The translations under genes and the position numbers were made by a program. The notes beneath the pieces were generated by a model. That model was not told the DNA's origin and did no database searches. It was given only the letters and a program-made list of their open reading frames with translations. A stretch of DNA of 64,000 nucleotides from Haliotis rufescens. Taxonomy: Eukaryota. Position 1 is the stretch's first letter. Each line of letters begins with the position of its first letter. This document shows positions 1 to 12,003 of this stretch, in pieces. The stretch is from assembly GCF_023055435.1 (NCBI RefSeq), contig NW_025964001.1:60822001-60886000 (forward strand), read 5' to 3'.

Positions 1-2070
1 AGACACTGCCTGGATGGCTGTGCGTGAGTTTGGTTAACGCTGCTTTGAACAGCATTCCAGTCATATCACAGCATGTCAGCTTATCGTGGGAGGAAAGCCC
101 GAAGTATGTAGGTGCCAGATGTTTACCACTTTGGTGAAACCCACGGGTGTGGTGCTGACAACACTCGAAACAATCCAGGCAAACCCCGGTTTTGACCCCA
201 TGATCACAGGTTCCTGACATGCCCAAGGGATGCAACTCTGCACAAGAAATTGCCACGTCTTAGACAAGTGGGTCAGGCAGGTGTAAGGCTGGATACACAA
301 GCAGCATATAGTAAAACTGGTCAAGCACTTGACGAAGCCCCAGTCAAACATCATCCTTCAATACACATCAAACAGCACAGTGTCAACAGAGGGTTAGCTT
401 TCCTACACATATCACCAACATTACGTCCATCACAACCGAAATATCTGCAAAGTTATCAGAGGAACGAGAAGGTTCAACAACGACTTGAGCGTCTCCGCAC
501 AATACATCTGTCTGGGCTGTACATCTCAAACAGTATTTACACGCCATCTCCACACGTAACACAAGAGGCAAAACATTTCTCTCATGTGGGGTTAGCAATA
601 TACAAGTTATCTTAGTTGACAATGACATACAAGGAAAACATTCATGACAAGATACAGAGCTGTGACCTGTGGTGAGACATCTTCCCGAGGCAAGAGCGTC
701 CACTAACCTTTTTATCAAAGTCTTGTTTCCATCCTTGCCCCCATCAAGCCCACTTTCCTGTGCTAAATATGATTGGACTATTGCACATATCAATTTGGTT
801 GAGTTGTATGTCCCTTTTAGCAATATTTCAGCAATATAACCACAGGGGACACCGGAAAATGGGCTTCACACATTGTACCCATGTGTGGAATTGAACCCGG
901 GTCTTCGGCATGATGAGCCAACGCTTTATAACCACTAGGCTACCCCACCGCCCCCCCATCTTTGTGGAGCTATATGAGATAAGAACAGCAATCTGATTGG
1001 ATATCGCGTTTTCATTACAAGGGGCACAACTGGTGATCTGCGTGAGGTGGCAAAGGGTCGAGCCAAGAAAAGTGGCCTTGATATGGCAAGGGTAGAAACT
1101 AGGCTTTGATATAGGCTATTGGACACGCTTGCCTCGGGAAGACGGTGGTGAGAAGATCCTGCAAGTTTCTCTCCCAAGCAAATTACAGCATTTTAACGTT
1201 AACTCGGACAGGTGGATGTTAGCTAAGACAACTAGAACCACATGCCCATACCGGTCAGTGAGTGAGTTGAGTTTAATGCCGCTTTTAACAGTATTCCAGT
1301 AATATCGCGGCATGTCAGCTTAATGTGGGAGGAAAGCCCGAAGTGATGCAGGTCATGTTTACTACTTCAGTGAAACCCACGAGCACGGGTATGGTGCTGA
1401 CAAACCTAGAAACATAATCGGGGCGAACCTGGATTCGAACCCACAATCATAGGTTTCTGGCGTGCCCAAGGGACGCAACTCTGCACAGCGAATAGCGGCG
1501 CCTTTGACGACTGGGCCACCAGTGCCCCCATATTCCCATACTAAACGTAACTAATGAGGCAATATATATACTACACAAAAAAAGTAAAACAACACCCAAT
1601 TTTTTCGTACGACTATAATTAATGTCATGGCCATGATAGATTAACTAATCATATGAAACAATCAAGGGTTGTCCAACTTTGTTTGAGGTGTATATTAATC
1701 TAGCATTACAATCTGTAGTGGGCTGAAGTAAACAAACACAGTGATTGGAGCATTCATGCATTCCTTTTCTCTTTGTGAAATAAATAACTGATCTTTGATA
1801 CATATATAATATACAGGGTCCCATTCCACCAGGCTATCTTAGCACTAAGGTGATCATAACTCCATACTTTCACATAGGCTTACGATTGTTGTAGCGCTAA
1901 GATCGCCTTGTGGAAGTGGTCCTAGAACAATATCTGTCAAGACCAATGGGGTGCCACAACAAGAGCAGAATAAAGATGTGATCTCATATATTGCCAATGG
2001 TCAATATCAATATCAATGGTAAACTATACAACAAGAAATAAGTATTTCGCATGTAGAGCTTTCTTGAGAG

Positions 2071-2361
2071 TTTTGTTTGTTTGTTTGTTGTTTAACGCCG
2101 CACTCAGCAATATTCAAGCTATATGACAGCGGTCTGTAAAATAATCGAGTCTGGACCAGACAATCCAGTGATCGACATCATGAGCATCGATCCACGCAAT
2201 TGGGATCGATGACATGTATCAACCAAGTCAGCGAGCCTGACCACCCAATCCCGTTAGTCACCTCTTACGACAAGTATAGTCGCCTTTTACAACAAGCATA
2301 GCCGCCTTTTACGGCAAGCATGGTTGCTGAAGACCTATTCTACCCCGGAATCTTCACGGGT
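2071..2361 (-). mobile_element. Short retroposon family C (no tRNA head, about 260-290 bp, (AAAC)n tail); other copies near 5600, 8007, 8505(+), 19225, 20497, 22978, 34500, 41340(+), 43022, 56243-56935, 57285 and 61180
   Basis: 12-bp TSD ctttcttgagag here; TSD tgcaa(a/g)tatatggt around 20497-20693; 5' region carries TGTCGTAAGAGGCGACTAA, a motif I associate with RTE-clade 5' UTRs. Confidence 0.9.
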
Positions 2362-3222
2362 CTTTCTTGAGAGTACACATCTTACACCTAGTGGGAAATG
2401 GAGATGAAGCTGTGATGGGTACACGACCCACTCAGGGTACTGCTCCATCACCAAGTCCTCAACTTGTCATCTCGTTGTTATTCGGTTTCGGTTTCGGTAA
2501 TCTGAACAATGCATCATCTGTACATAGCAGTGACGGGGAGTTTCACCAGATAAAAAATGTACAGAAATGGTGGCAACATCCTGCTGTTATATTTCATGGA
2601 GAACAAAATGTTTGGATTTGTTTTAAACTTCACTCAAGCATTTGGTGATGAGCCAAGCTAAAACATACCCTAACATGACTTGTCTGAAAATGCCTAAACA
2701 GAATTGCACAAGTGCAGTGTTACAAGTTCTGCACATCTACATAAGGCCTTATATTTTCTATTAGTTGGTTTACAATATTTTGGCCTAAAATGTAATGAAG
2801 GTAGTCAAAAATATTCTTAAAATCCAGACTAGTACTGCTACTAAACAATGAAAAACAAACTTGTAGGGCACACCATCATGGAAGAATAATTGTGAAACAA
2901 TACCGAAACATAATTGATTGGTTTTTTTTGTGTTAGAAAAAAAGATTTAATATGTATTATTCACTATTTCTTATGAGCAGCGGTGATAAAATCTTGTATG
3001 TTTTTTTCATTTTGCCTACCGTAATTTTAAAACAGGTGGCCAAAATATGTGTTGTCAAAATCATTTTACTTTATCTTTAATTTCAAGTTTTTGTCTGTCT
3101 GTCTTGTTAACCAACTAAAAAAAATTTAAGGTCTAATGTGTATTGGACTATTTGCCTGTACACTCCTGCGGCAATGTATAGTAAGAGTGTTGAGTGCTGT
3201 CTGTGTGCGGTCCAGCCAGACT

Positions 3223-3922
3223 AGTGTCTGTAGCTGGTGTTGTACAGCCAGCTGGCTTGTGTCTGTAGCTGGCTTGTGTCTGTAGCTGGCTCGTGTCTGT
3301 AGCTGGCTTGTGTCTGTAGCTGGCTTGTGTCTGTAGCTGGCTCGTGTCTGTAGCTGGCTCGTGTCTGTAGCTGGCTCGTGTCTGTAGCTGGCTCGTGTCT
3401 GTAGCTGGCTCGTGTCTGTAGCTGGCTCGTGTCTGTAGCTGGTGTTGTGTGGCCGGCTGGCTTGTGTCTGTAGCTGGTGTTGTGTGGCCGGCTGGCTCGT
3501 GTCTGTAGCTGGTGTTGTGTGGCCGGCTGGCTCGTGTCTGTAGCTGGTGTTGTGTGGCCGGCTGGCTCGTGTCTGTAGCTGGTGTTGTGTGGCCGGCTGG
3601 CTCGTGTCTGTAGCTGGTGTTGTGTGGCCGGCTGGCTCGTGTCTGTAGCTGGTGTTGTGTGGCCGGCTGGCTCGTGTCTGTAGCTGGTGTTGTGCGGCCG
3701 GCTGGCTCGTGTCTGTAGCTGGTGTTGTAGGGCCGTCTAGCGAGTCTGTTGTACGGCCAGCTGGCTAGAGTCTGTTGTGTGGCTGGCTGGGTCGTGTCTG
3801 TAGCTGGTGTTGTGTGGCCGGCTGGCTGGTGTCTGTAGCTGGTGTTGTGTGACGGCTGGCTGGTGTCTGTTGTAGCTGGTGTTGTATGGCCGGCTGGCTA
3901 GAGTCTGTTGTGGGCCGGCTGG
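3223..3922. repeat. 17-bp and derived 35-bp minisatellite starting directly after the stop codon
   Basis: gtgtctgtagctggct(c/t) and gtgtctgtagctggtgttgtgtggccggctggctc tandem units. Confidence 0.95.
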
Positions 3923-4023
3923 CTATGACTCCAGCAACACATGCCACCGACACACTTGCTCGCCTTTACTCTCCCTCATGTCGACCCAGTGGGAGCCCTC
4001 CTCCTCCCCACTACAGTTCATGC
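3923..4023 (-). CDS. SYT14: SYT14-like terminal coding exon ([33 protein letters not shown]), missed by the ORF track
   Basis: Acceptor gtttcag, phase 1, TAG at 3925-3923; matches SYT14 C-terminus QVCRWHALLES. Confidence 0.95.
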
Positions 4024-4639
4024 CTGAAACACACAATTCTCTCTTGAACAGACATAGCCTTGTCATTGTCAAAAAGAATTTGCTTCAAATGTTTAAAGCA
4101 CATGAAACCGACAGAGCACACCGCCAGGTTGATCGTCAACATATCCTCATCTGTTCCTTGACAATCATCTGACAATCTCCTGAGCGGAGAGTGAGTGAGT
4201 TGGGTTCAGTATGTGCCTGGTAGACATGCAAAGTTTTGTAAGAAAGTATTTAACAGTTTTTTTGTTATGCTCCGGAAATGAACACTATCCTTATAGAAAC
4301 TAAGTCCAACTTGTTACCATGGAACCTTAAAAAATAAAAATTTCTAAAATTCCAAAATAGCAAAAGGCACCACTTCAGTATGTGACTGATAGATTTGCCA
4401 AGTTTCGATCAAATACACTGAATGGTTTTCGAGCTCTGCCCCGGAAAAGGAAATGATTACGGACAGACAGACGGACAGACAGACTGGCTGGCTGGCTGAT
4501 CGCTATATCCCCCCCACATTATATGGGGACAACCGTCTGGAGGAAGTTCTTACACATAAAGCAAAGCAAACTGACGTCTCTTGCAGCACTGAAAATATCT
4601 GACAATCGCCTAACACCATACCCTACTTAAAAGAAATCT

Positions 4640-5560
4640 GCTAGTCTCCCTAAGCACCGCACCATATTTAGAGAACCAGACAGTCTCCCTTAGCACCACA
4701 CCATATTTAGAGAACCCCCGATTGTCTACCTTAGCACTGCACCATATTTAGAGAACATCTGATTGTCTCCCTTAGCACCACACCATATTTAGAGAACCCC
4801 CGATTGTCTCCCTTAGCACCACACCATATTTAGAGAACCTCCGATTGTCTCCCTTAGCACCACACCATATTTAGAGAACCCCGATTGTCTACCTTAGCAC
4901 TGCACCATATTTAGAGAACACCCGATTGTCTCCCTTAGCACCACACCATATTTAGACAACCCCTTATTGTCTCCGTTAGCACCGCACCATATTTAGGGAA
5001 CCCCCATTTGTCTCCCTTCGCACCACACCACATTTAGAGAACCCCTAATTGTCTCCCTTAGCACCGCACCATATTAAGAGAACCCCTTATTGTCTCCCTT
5101 AGCACCACACCATATTTAGAGAGCATCTGATTGTCTCCCTTAGCATCACACCATATTTAGAGAGCATCTGATTGTCTCCCTTAGCACCACACCATATTTA
5201 GAGAGCATCTGATTGTCTCCCTTAGCACCGCACCATATTAAGAGAACCCCTTATTGTCTCCCTTAGCACCACACCATATTTAGAGAGCATCTGTTGTCTC
5301 CCTTAGCACCACACCATATTTAGAGAGCATCTGATTGTCTCCCTTAGCACCACACCATATTTAGAGAGCATCTGATTGTCTCCCTTAGCACCGCACCATA
5401 TTTAGAGAGCATCTGATTGTCTCCCTTAGCACCACACCATATTTAGAGAGCATCTGATTGTCTCCCTTAGCACCGCACCATATTTAGAGAGCATCTGATT
5501 GTCTCCCTTAGCACCACACCATATTTAGAGAGCATCTGATTGTCTCCCTTAGCACCACAC
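4640..5560. repeat. 41-bp minisatellite, about 22 copies
   Basis: Unit gattgtctcccttagcaccacaccatatttagagagcatct, more degenerate at the left edge. Confidence 0.97.
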
Positions 5561-5817
5561 CAAGATAGCCTCCCCTGGCACGATACTGCACATCATGTCT
5601 GTGTGTTGTTATCCCCAAACTCAGCAATATTCGAGCTATATGACAGGATCAGAAGCATCGATCTACGCATTTGGGATATGATGACATATGCATCAACCAA
5701 GTCAGCGAGTCAGACCACTTGATCCCAATTGTCACCTCTTACGACAAGAGGATTGCTGAAGAACAAGTCCACCCTGGGTCTTCTTGGGGCAGGTCCATCA
5801 GGTAGTGTCCCTTAACA

Positions 5818-6331
5818 TACCGTGATCGCGAGAACTACGTGTTGACATAGAATCGTCAAACTATAACAAATATGACTTTTAACGAGTCAAAATATGGCAT
5901 TTATGATATATGCATCCATTCTCTGTCAACTAATGTTCGTTTCAAGGCGTCAATAGCAGTAATCTGACCGTGGTTGCTGTTAATAACGGTGATTGTGCGA
6001 TCTTCCAATCGCTTCACACACGATTTCGCCGAAATTAATTAAAACAATATTAAAAGGAATTTTGAATAAAATTAATGAAATAAGTTACATACATAAGTCC
6101 GGATATACAAAGAAAACTTTTTATAGCCAGACAGTGTAATTACAAATTAATTTGCGTACTTCAGTATGGATTTGTTCACATGGTATTTCCGGTGTTACGT
6201 GCTCATGGTAATATCTTTCCATGGGGAAAAAAACAATCAAAACTCATTATTTTGTGTATAATGCGCACCCCCTTCTACACAGCTGTGTTTTTTGGAAAAA
6301 AAGTGTGCACTATACTCAAGAAAATATGGTA
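5818..6331. mobile_element. Probable Tc1/mariner-type non-autonomous element; an internal segment recurs at 63949-64000
   Basis: taccgt ... atggta termini; the right end resembles 22150-22184. Confidence 0.5.
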
Positions 6332-6363
6332 GGCTCCACACCACACTGCCAGGAACACGTTAC

Positions 6364-6576
6364 CTAGGGAGAACCATCCTATCATCTCCTTCTTCTTCAT
6401 GCTCTTCTTGTTGTAGACAGACACCATCAGTGTCACCTCAGGGAGCTGGAACAGCGCCACCTGGAACATGAACGTCTCCTTGAACAGCGGGTTGGGCTGT
6501 CCACGCCGCACCGATGTCTTGCACCGCTGCAGCTCTTGCCCAGTGGGTGACATCAGCGTCAGCTTCACATATGTGT
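6364..6576 (-). CDS. SYT14: SYT14-like C2B exon 2 ([45 protein letters not shown]...KEMIGWFSL)
   Basis: Acceptor cattgcag, donor gtaac, 213 nt, phase 1-1; highly similar to SYT14/16 C2B. Confidence 0.96.
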
Positions 6577-6649
6577 CTGCAATGAAACCATGGAACCATC
6601 AAGAACCATCAGTTTAACTTGTCGAACTAGTGTGAAAAAATATATCCTG

Positions 6650-7095
6650 ATATTATAGCTAAAATGGATAGAATTATCATTAAACCGCCCGCAAGTTATG
6701 AGAAATGAGCGGGCCACTGTAACTTGATAATGCCCTCATATTGCTTGACAACGGGCCATTATGAAGCCCGTTGTTAGGTGATGTCATAGGGTAGAGAAAG
6801 TGACGTCACGTATTATAGTGACGTCATCTGGTTTGTTCTATGACGTTTCCATATTTGTATAAGTAGGTCAGTGACATTCGTGCAGTAAATGTTTCAAAAC
6901 CGATTTTGTTGTTTCTTTTCATTTGATAACAAATTCCATCCATTTTAGCTATAATAACGGTAACGCTCTTTTTCAGGGCATTATCATTTGCAGAAGCCCT
7001 CGGTCTATTCAACAGCCCTCCTTGGTCGGGCAGTTAATGAAGACCTCGGGATACTGCAAATAATAATGCCCTGAAAAATAGCGTTACCCTTATAT
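6650..7095. mobile_element. Compound palindromic (foldback/MITE-like) element
   Basis: tattatagctaaaatggat inverted at about 6937-6955, followed by a second hairpin gggtaacgct...agcgttaccc. Confidence 0.65.
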
Positions 7096-7273
7096 TATCA
7101 AGTGAAATAATATTTCAAACATGCCCAATCTTTTCACACTGCTAAGGTAGAGGCAACTGTGAAGTACCTATCGATACCACTCAAAAGAAGAGAAAGGACA
7201 CCCAATCTTTTCACACTGCTGAGTTAAAACTGTCATGCTATGCCTTGACAGATTAACTATTGTAATATGAAAG

Positions 7274-7779
7274 CAGAGCTCCAGATAAGCTTTTGGTGTT
7301 GTGGGTATTTTACCAATGCATTTTAAAATCATTGGGTATCAGTAATTCTATCTGGGTATTCAAATTTCTATTACCCACTAGTTTTTACACATGTGGGTAT
7401 TTAAGTTAAATATTTAAAAACACTATTCATCTAGACCCTGCAAACTGGTGTCGTGTGGGTTCGAGAGCTTTATAGGACTCAAAAATACCACGATACTTCC
7501 ACAAGAAAGTGTGATGGCAAATGATCGTGATGTAACTGTCATCGTGGAGTTTGGCAAGGTTGACGGAATGCCCGTTTATAATTTCAAAATAAGTTGCTGA
7601 TTTGCTAATCGAATACGCAGGGTTACTTCACAATATTTTGATGATACGCACAAGTTTTATTTTTGTAGCTTATCTGTAATGTTCGTTGCATATTTGATAT
7701 GCTTGGTTTTTATTTTACTGCGTTTTTCTGTATTTCTTATGGGTATTTTATGCAGATACGCAGCTTATCTGGAGCTCTG
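7274..7779. mobile_element. MITE with an 18-bp perfect TIR and 6-bp TSD, nested in a small palindromic element
   Basis: cagagctccagataagct ... agcttatctggagctctg; TSD tgaaag; related empty host element at about 11776-11899. Confidence 0.88.
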
Positions 7780-8987
7780 TGAAAGAACTGGGTGTTCTCT
7801 TCTTCTGAGTTGTCTACGTTTTTTAATCATAATCAAGCGGCAGTAGAATTTAGGCGCATGTTCATAACGGGTGTCTTTGTGGACTCTGGAGTGTGAATTT
7901 CAAATCTCGTCTGACCAAAAGTCAAAACACAGATAGATACTTTAAACATTTTACCTGAACATCAAATGCAAAGAGATTCTCCCATGGAAGACTTGGTAAA
8001 ATCTCAGTTTGCTTGTTGTTTAACGTTACACTAACCATATGACAGCGGTCTTTAAATGATGAAGTCTGGCCCTGACAATCTAGTGATTGACATCACAAGC
8101 ATCGATCAATGCAATTGGGACATGATGACATGCATCAAGCAAGGGTACCCACTGCAAGTCTAGGGAAAAAATGTCCGATTGGTAATTGTTTTGCCGCAGC
8201 CCTGGCCTAAGCTATTAAGATACATGTATCAAACGATCAGATCATGCGTTCACTGAAGTTGACTGAAGTGTTATCTTTACTCAAACATTTACAAGTCAAA
8301 AGGAATGTGCGTATCGTCAGAAAGAAATGCGAACATTAGCGACTTGTAGTGTAACCACTGAGCTATAGTGAGTTTTTGTCATTAAACATATCACGTGACT
8401 AACCACGGGTCCAAGTAGTCCTGTGGGTACCCAGGTCCTACTCAGAACCCACCCGACCCGAGTACCCAAGTTACCCGTCCCAGCCCTATCATAAGCTATA
8501 GATGCTACATTGATGCTCACATCACTGGATTGTCTGGTCCATACTCGATTATTTACAGACGGCCATCATATAGCTGGAATATTGCTAATTATTACCTATG
8601 AGGGCAAACATATCGGGGTTCATAAAAATCATATGTGCCCTAGAGTCATATCACGTCATGAGACAGCGGTGTATTGTTTCTGTCATCCGGACGGCATTGT
8701 TGATGTCATTCGACAAGTTGTGGTTTCGGTGTTGTTGCGACTTGCTGTCCTTGGTAAACACTATAATTTGTCTCAATTTGTAGACATCTTCTTCGGTAAT
8801 AAATAGAACATTATATTCTTGTTCATGTCATACTATGTTTACGACACTCGTGCCTAAATCTGGTATTTCCCGAGGGCGAGCGATACCGAAATTTAAACAT
8901 TTGCGTCATAAACATGGTATGACATGAAGACAAATATAATATCCTCTTTGTAACAAACAAACAAACAAACAAACAAACAAACCGTAC

Positions 8988-9177
8988 CTGGAGCCCTGTT
9001 CATGGCCATGTTGCGGAAGTTGCTTCCCTTGATGACCTCCACGGAGAGTCGACCAGTCGTGCCATTGTAGGCTAGCCCAATGAGCAGCTCCGGCATTCCG
9101 CCATGTTGGAGAGACTGTGTGGAGGAAGCGCTGTCACTCCTGGACAAGCTGGACACATCAAAACCAGAGTCCCCATG
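8988..9177 (-). CDS. SYT14: SYT14-like C2B exon 1 (HGDSGFDVSSLSRSDSASSTQSLQHGGMPELLIGLAYNGTTGRLSVEVIKGSNFRNMAMNRAP)
   Basis: Acceptor gttccag, donor gtacgg, 190 nt, phase 0-1; diagnostic SYT14/16 PExLIGLxYNxTTGRLSxEVIKGS motif. Confidence 0.96.
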
Positions 9178-9401
9178 CTGGAACGCATTATACAACACAC
9201 TTCAGATTTTACGCCTCACAACAGCTAAATGACAAACGACAAAAATTAACAGTTAATGCTGAATAAATCAGATGTCTTAGCTTTTCATTTATCAGATAGA
9301 CCAGTATTTCTGTATTAAGGTATGCAGTTGTGTAAATATTCATCAGTCAAGTTTTTTACACCAATAGAAAAGGTTACTATAATTACAAAACCTGAACTCA
9401 G

Positions 9402-9988
9402 GTATGGGCGGCCATTCGGTCAAAAAGTATAGTTCAAATAAAAAATGTTACGAATAAAGTATTAAATGTTACTAATAAAGGTCAAAATACAAAACAAACA
9501 GATGCCGGTTAAAAAATACAGAGCAATTTTATGGTCTGAGGTTGACACAGCGCAACGTAATTCTCGCGCAATGTTCACTTTTCAGATGTTATAAAAATGA
9601 CGTAATACTATGTGCACCTTGGCATGCAGTTATCATATACACAGCGGGACAAGCCAATTAAACGTAGAATGTATTACTAATTGGAGTGCCATGTGGCATT
9701 CTTTATTGTCAACATCCTTTAGTAGTTCAGCATCCTTTGGTGCGCACTGACGTTCTTTAGTACGCATTGTTCTTTCTTTTCAAACGATGTCTTTTCGTAA
9801 CATTTGACTATTTTATTGCGTACTGGAGTTGTTTTTCAACTTTGTATTATTTTAACCAGTGTCCGTTTCTTTTGTATTTTCACCTTTATTAGTTACATTT
9901 AATGCTTTATTCGTAAGATTTGACTACTATTGCGTACTTTTGTCCTTTCTCTGACCTCTGTATTTTTTTACTGAATGGCCACCCATAC
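9402..9988. mobile_element. MITE with long imperfect TIRs and a 4-bp TSD
   Basis: gtatgggcggccattcggt ... actgaatggccacccatac; TSD tcag. Confidence 0.8.
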
Positions 9989-10304
9989 TCAGGAAAGATG
10001 ACATGTTTCATCATAAAGCTTCTACAAGTCAAAACTAAAGAGAGAAAGTTCTGTGGTATATGCTCCACTACTACAGTGCCATTCTTAAACTGTGACAAGT
10101 CCAATCAGCAAAATCCATCCATGTCAGATAGTAGGAGTTCAACATGCCAATCAGTGAATCACATAAATCATTAATCTAGAATCATATCTGCACAATCTGA
10201 ACCAATTGTACATGGCACATTCTCCCAGTCAGCAGACAGGTGTTTAGCATACAACCAAGATGTATGTTTAAGAAAGCCAAATGTAAGCAATGTACCAATG
10301 TAAG

Positions 10305-10813
10305 CAATCTCATTAAAATCAGATCTTAGTTCTCGCTACCGCTAAACAAAGATCTGAGGACATCCCATTACGGGTCACGTCAGAACGACCTTTTGCGAAT
10401 ATTGAACAACCAATGAAATGACTGACAAGAAATCGACATTAGCCAATCAGAAGGAAGCTTTCTCGAGCTTTACGACACTAGTTTCAAACTGGCGACTACT
10501 CTTCGAAACATATTTTGACGTATTCTCGATTAAAAAATTAAAACTGATAAGAAGAACATTCTGGAATGGCTTATAGATGGCCTTGATTGTATGGATATAA
10601 TCATAAAACCCGTAACTGTCGTTTGGAATACCCCATGTTAAATATTTCGTGGTTGCATGATTAGAAAACACATTCCGACTGTCACTTTCATGATCTGGAT
10701 AGCGACGCTCTGATTGGTTGGATGAAAGGTCATTCTGACGTGACCCTTAATGGGATGTCCTCAGATCTTTGTTTAGCGATAGCAAGAACTAAGATCTGAT
10801 TTTAATGAGATTG
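10305..10813. mobile_element. MULE/Mutator-like MITE
   Basis: Near-perfect TIR of about 90 bp (caatctcattaaaatcagatcttagttc...), 9-bp TSD caatgtaag/caatgtgag. Confidence 0.88.
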
Positions 10814-12003
10814 CAATGTGAGCAATGTTTGAGAATGCCTATGAAAGACTTGTTTGAGAAGATGTAAGCTGCAGGTAGAGACCGGTTATGAAGCAAGTAC
10901 ATTATATTCTGCAAGCTGGAAGTGAGTGTGGGTTGCCTGGCAACTAAGTGAAGCTACATGCAGGTGAGAAGGGTGCTGTGTCAATGTCATGTACGACCTG
11001 GCGACTTCCTGCTACATACATGAGAGTCTACACACTCGCCTTCAGTACTCGCTAGGATTAAGGGGGGAGTCATGAAAAAATGGCACAGTGAAGTGGAAGG
11101 GGGTAGGGGAGAATTTTTTTTATATTAAAACAGGGTGTGTTTTGGGGTGAAATGGGGTGGCTGAAAAAAAATGACAGTTCTATTCTTTTAAATTAAAAAA
11201 CATTAAATTTCAATATTATTTAGGGTCTTGGTAATTTTTATAGGGAGGGCTGTGTGTCTTGGAAATATGTTACATGTAGTTGGTGGGGATTAAAAATGTT
11301 ACTTAAAATGAGGGGTCAGCGAATATGATACTGGTCCTGAGACCTACCCCCCCCCCCCCCACCCCGAAACCCGCCCCAATAATAATTACCAGTCCCCCAT
11401 GTAGGATAACAAGTTTTTTTATAATGTGTTCTTCACTTTTCCAGTTGCTCTCAAATTTCAGGATGGTTTTGATAATTTTTGAGCTGGACAATGAGTAGCC
11501 TAGTTAAACAGTAAATGAGAGGATGACCAGAATTAAAAAAGCCTGATCCAGCAGTGAACTTAACACTGCAGAACATTTGATAATCAGGAAATATCGTTAT
11601 AGATTCCCCTGGAAGAACTGGAACATTTGAATTTGTTTTGTGATTCTAACATTAAATAGGATGTTTAAAAAAGAATGATTACATTTTAATTAATTTTTGG
11701 GTTTGTGTTGAAATCTGATCAAGATAAAAAAATTTATTGCTCTATTCTAATACGGAATTTTGTATTCTATTCAAAAGAAGTTAAAGAACACCCTAATCTT
11801 TCATATTACTATAGCTAGTATCTCGTGGCATGAAAGAGTGGGGTGTTACGACAGACTAACTATAGTAATATGAAAGAATCAGTGTTCTTTAACTTCTTTC
11901 ATAAAGCCAAAAGTTCTTTCTGCTGGTGGAGCTGGGTTTTATTTAGCCATCTCTCATGTATGTAATGGAGGCTGTTTGTACTGAGGACAGCAAATTAACC
12001 TGT

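Noticed and set aside
250-1313. ORFs at 250-615, 383-823 and 935-1177 as a neighbouring gene
   Set aside because: No recognisable domain, partial overlap with SINEs, and no supported exon structure
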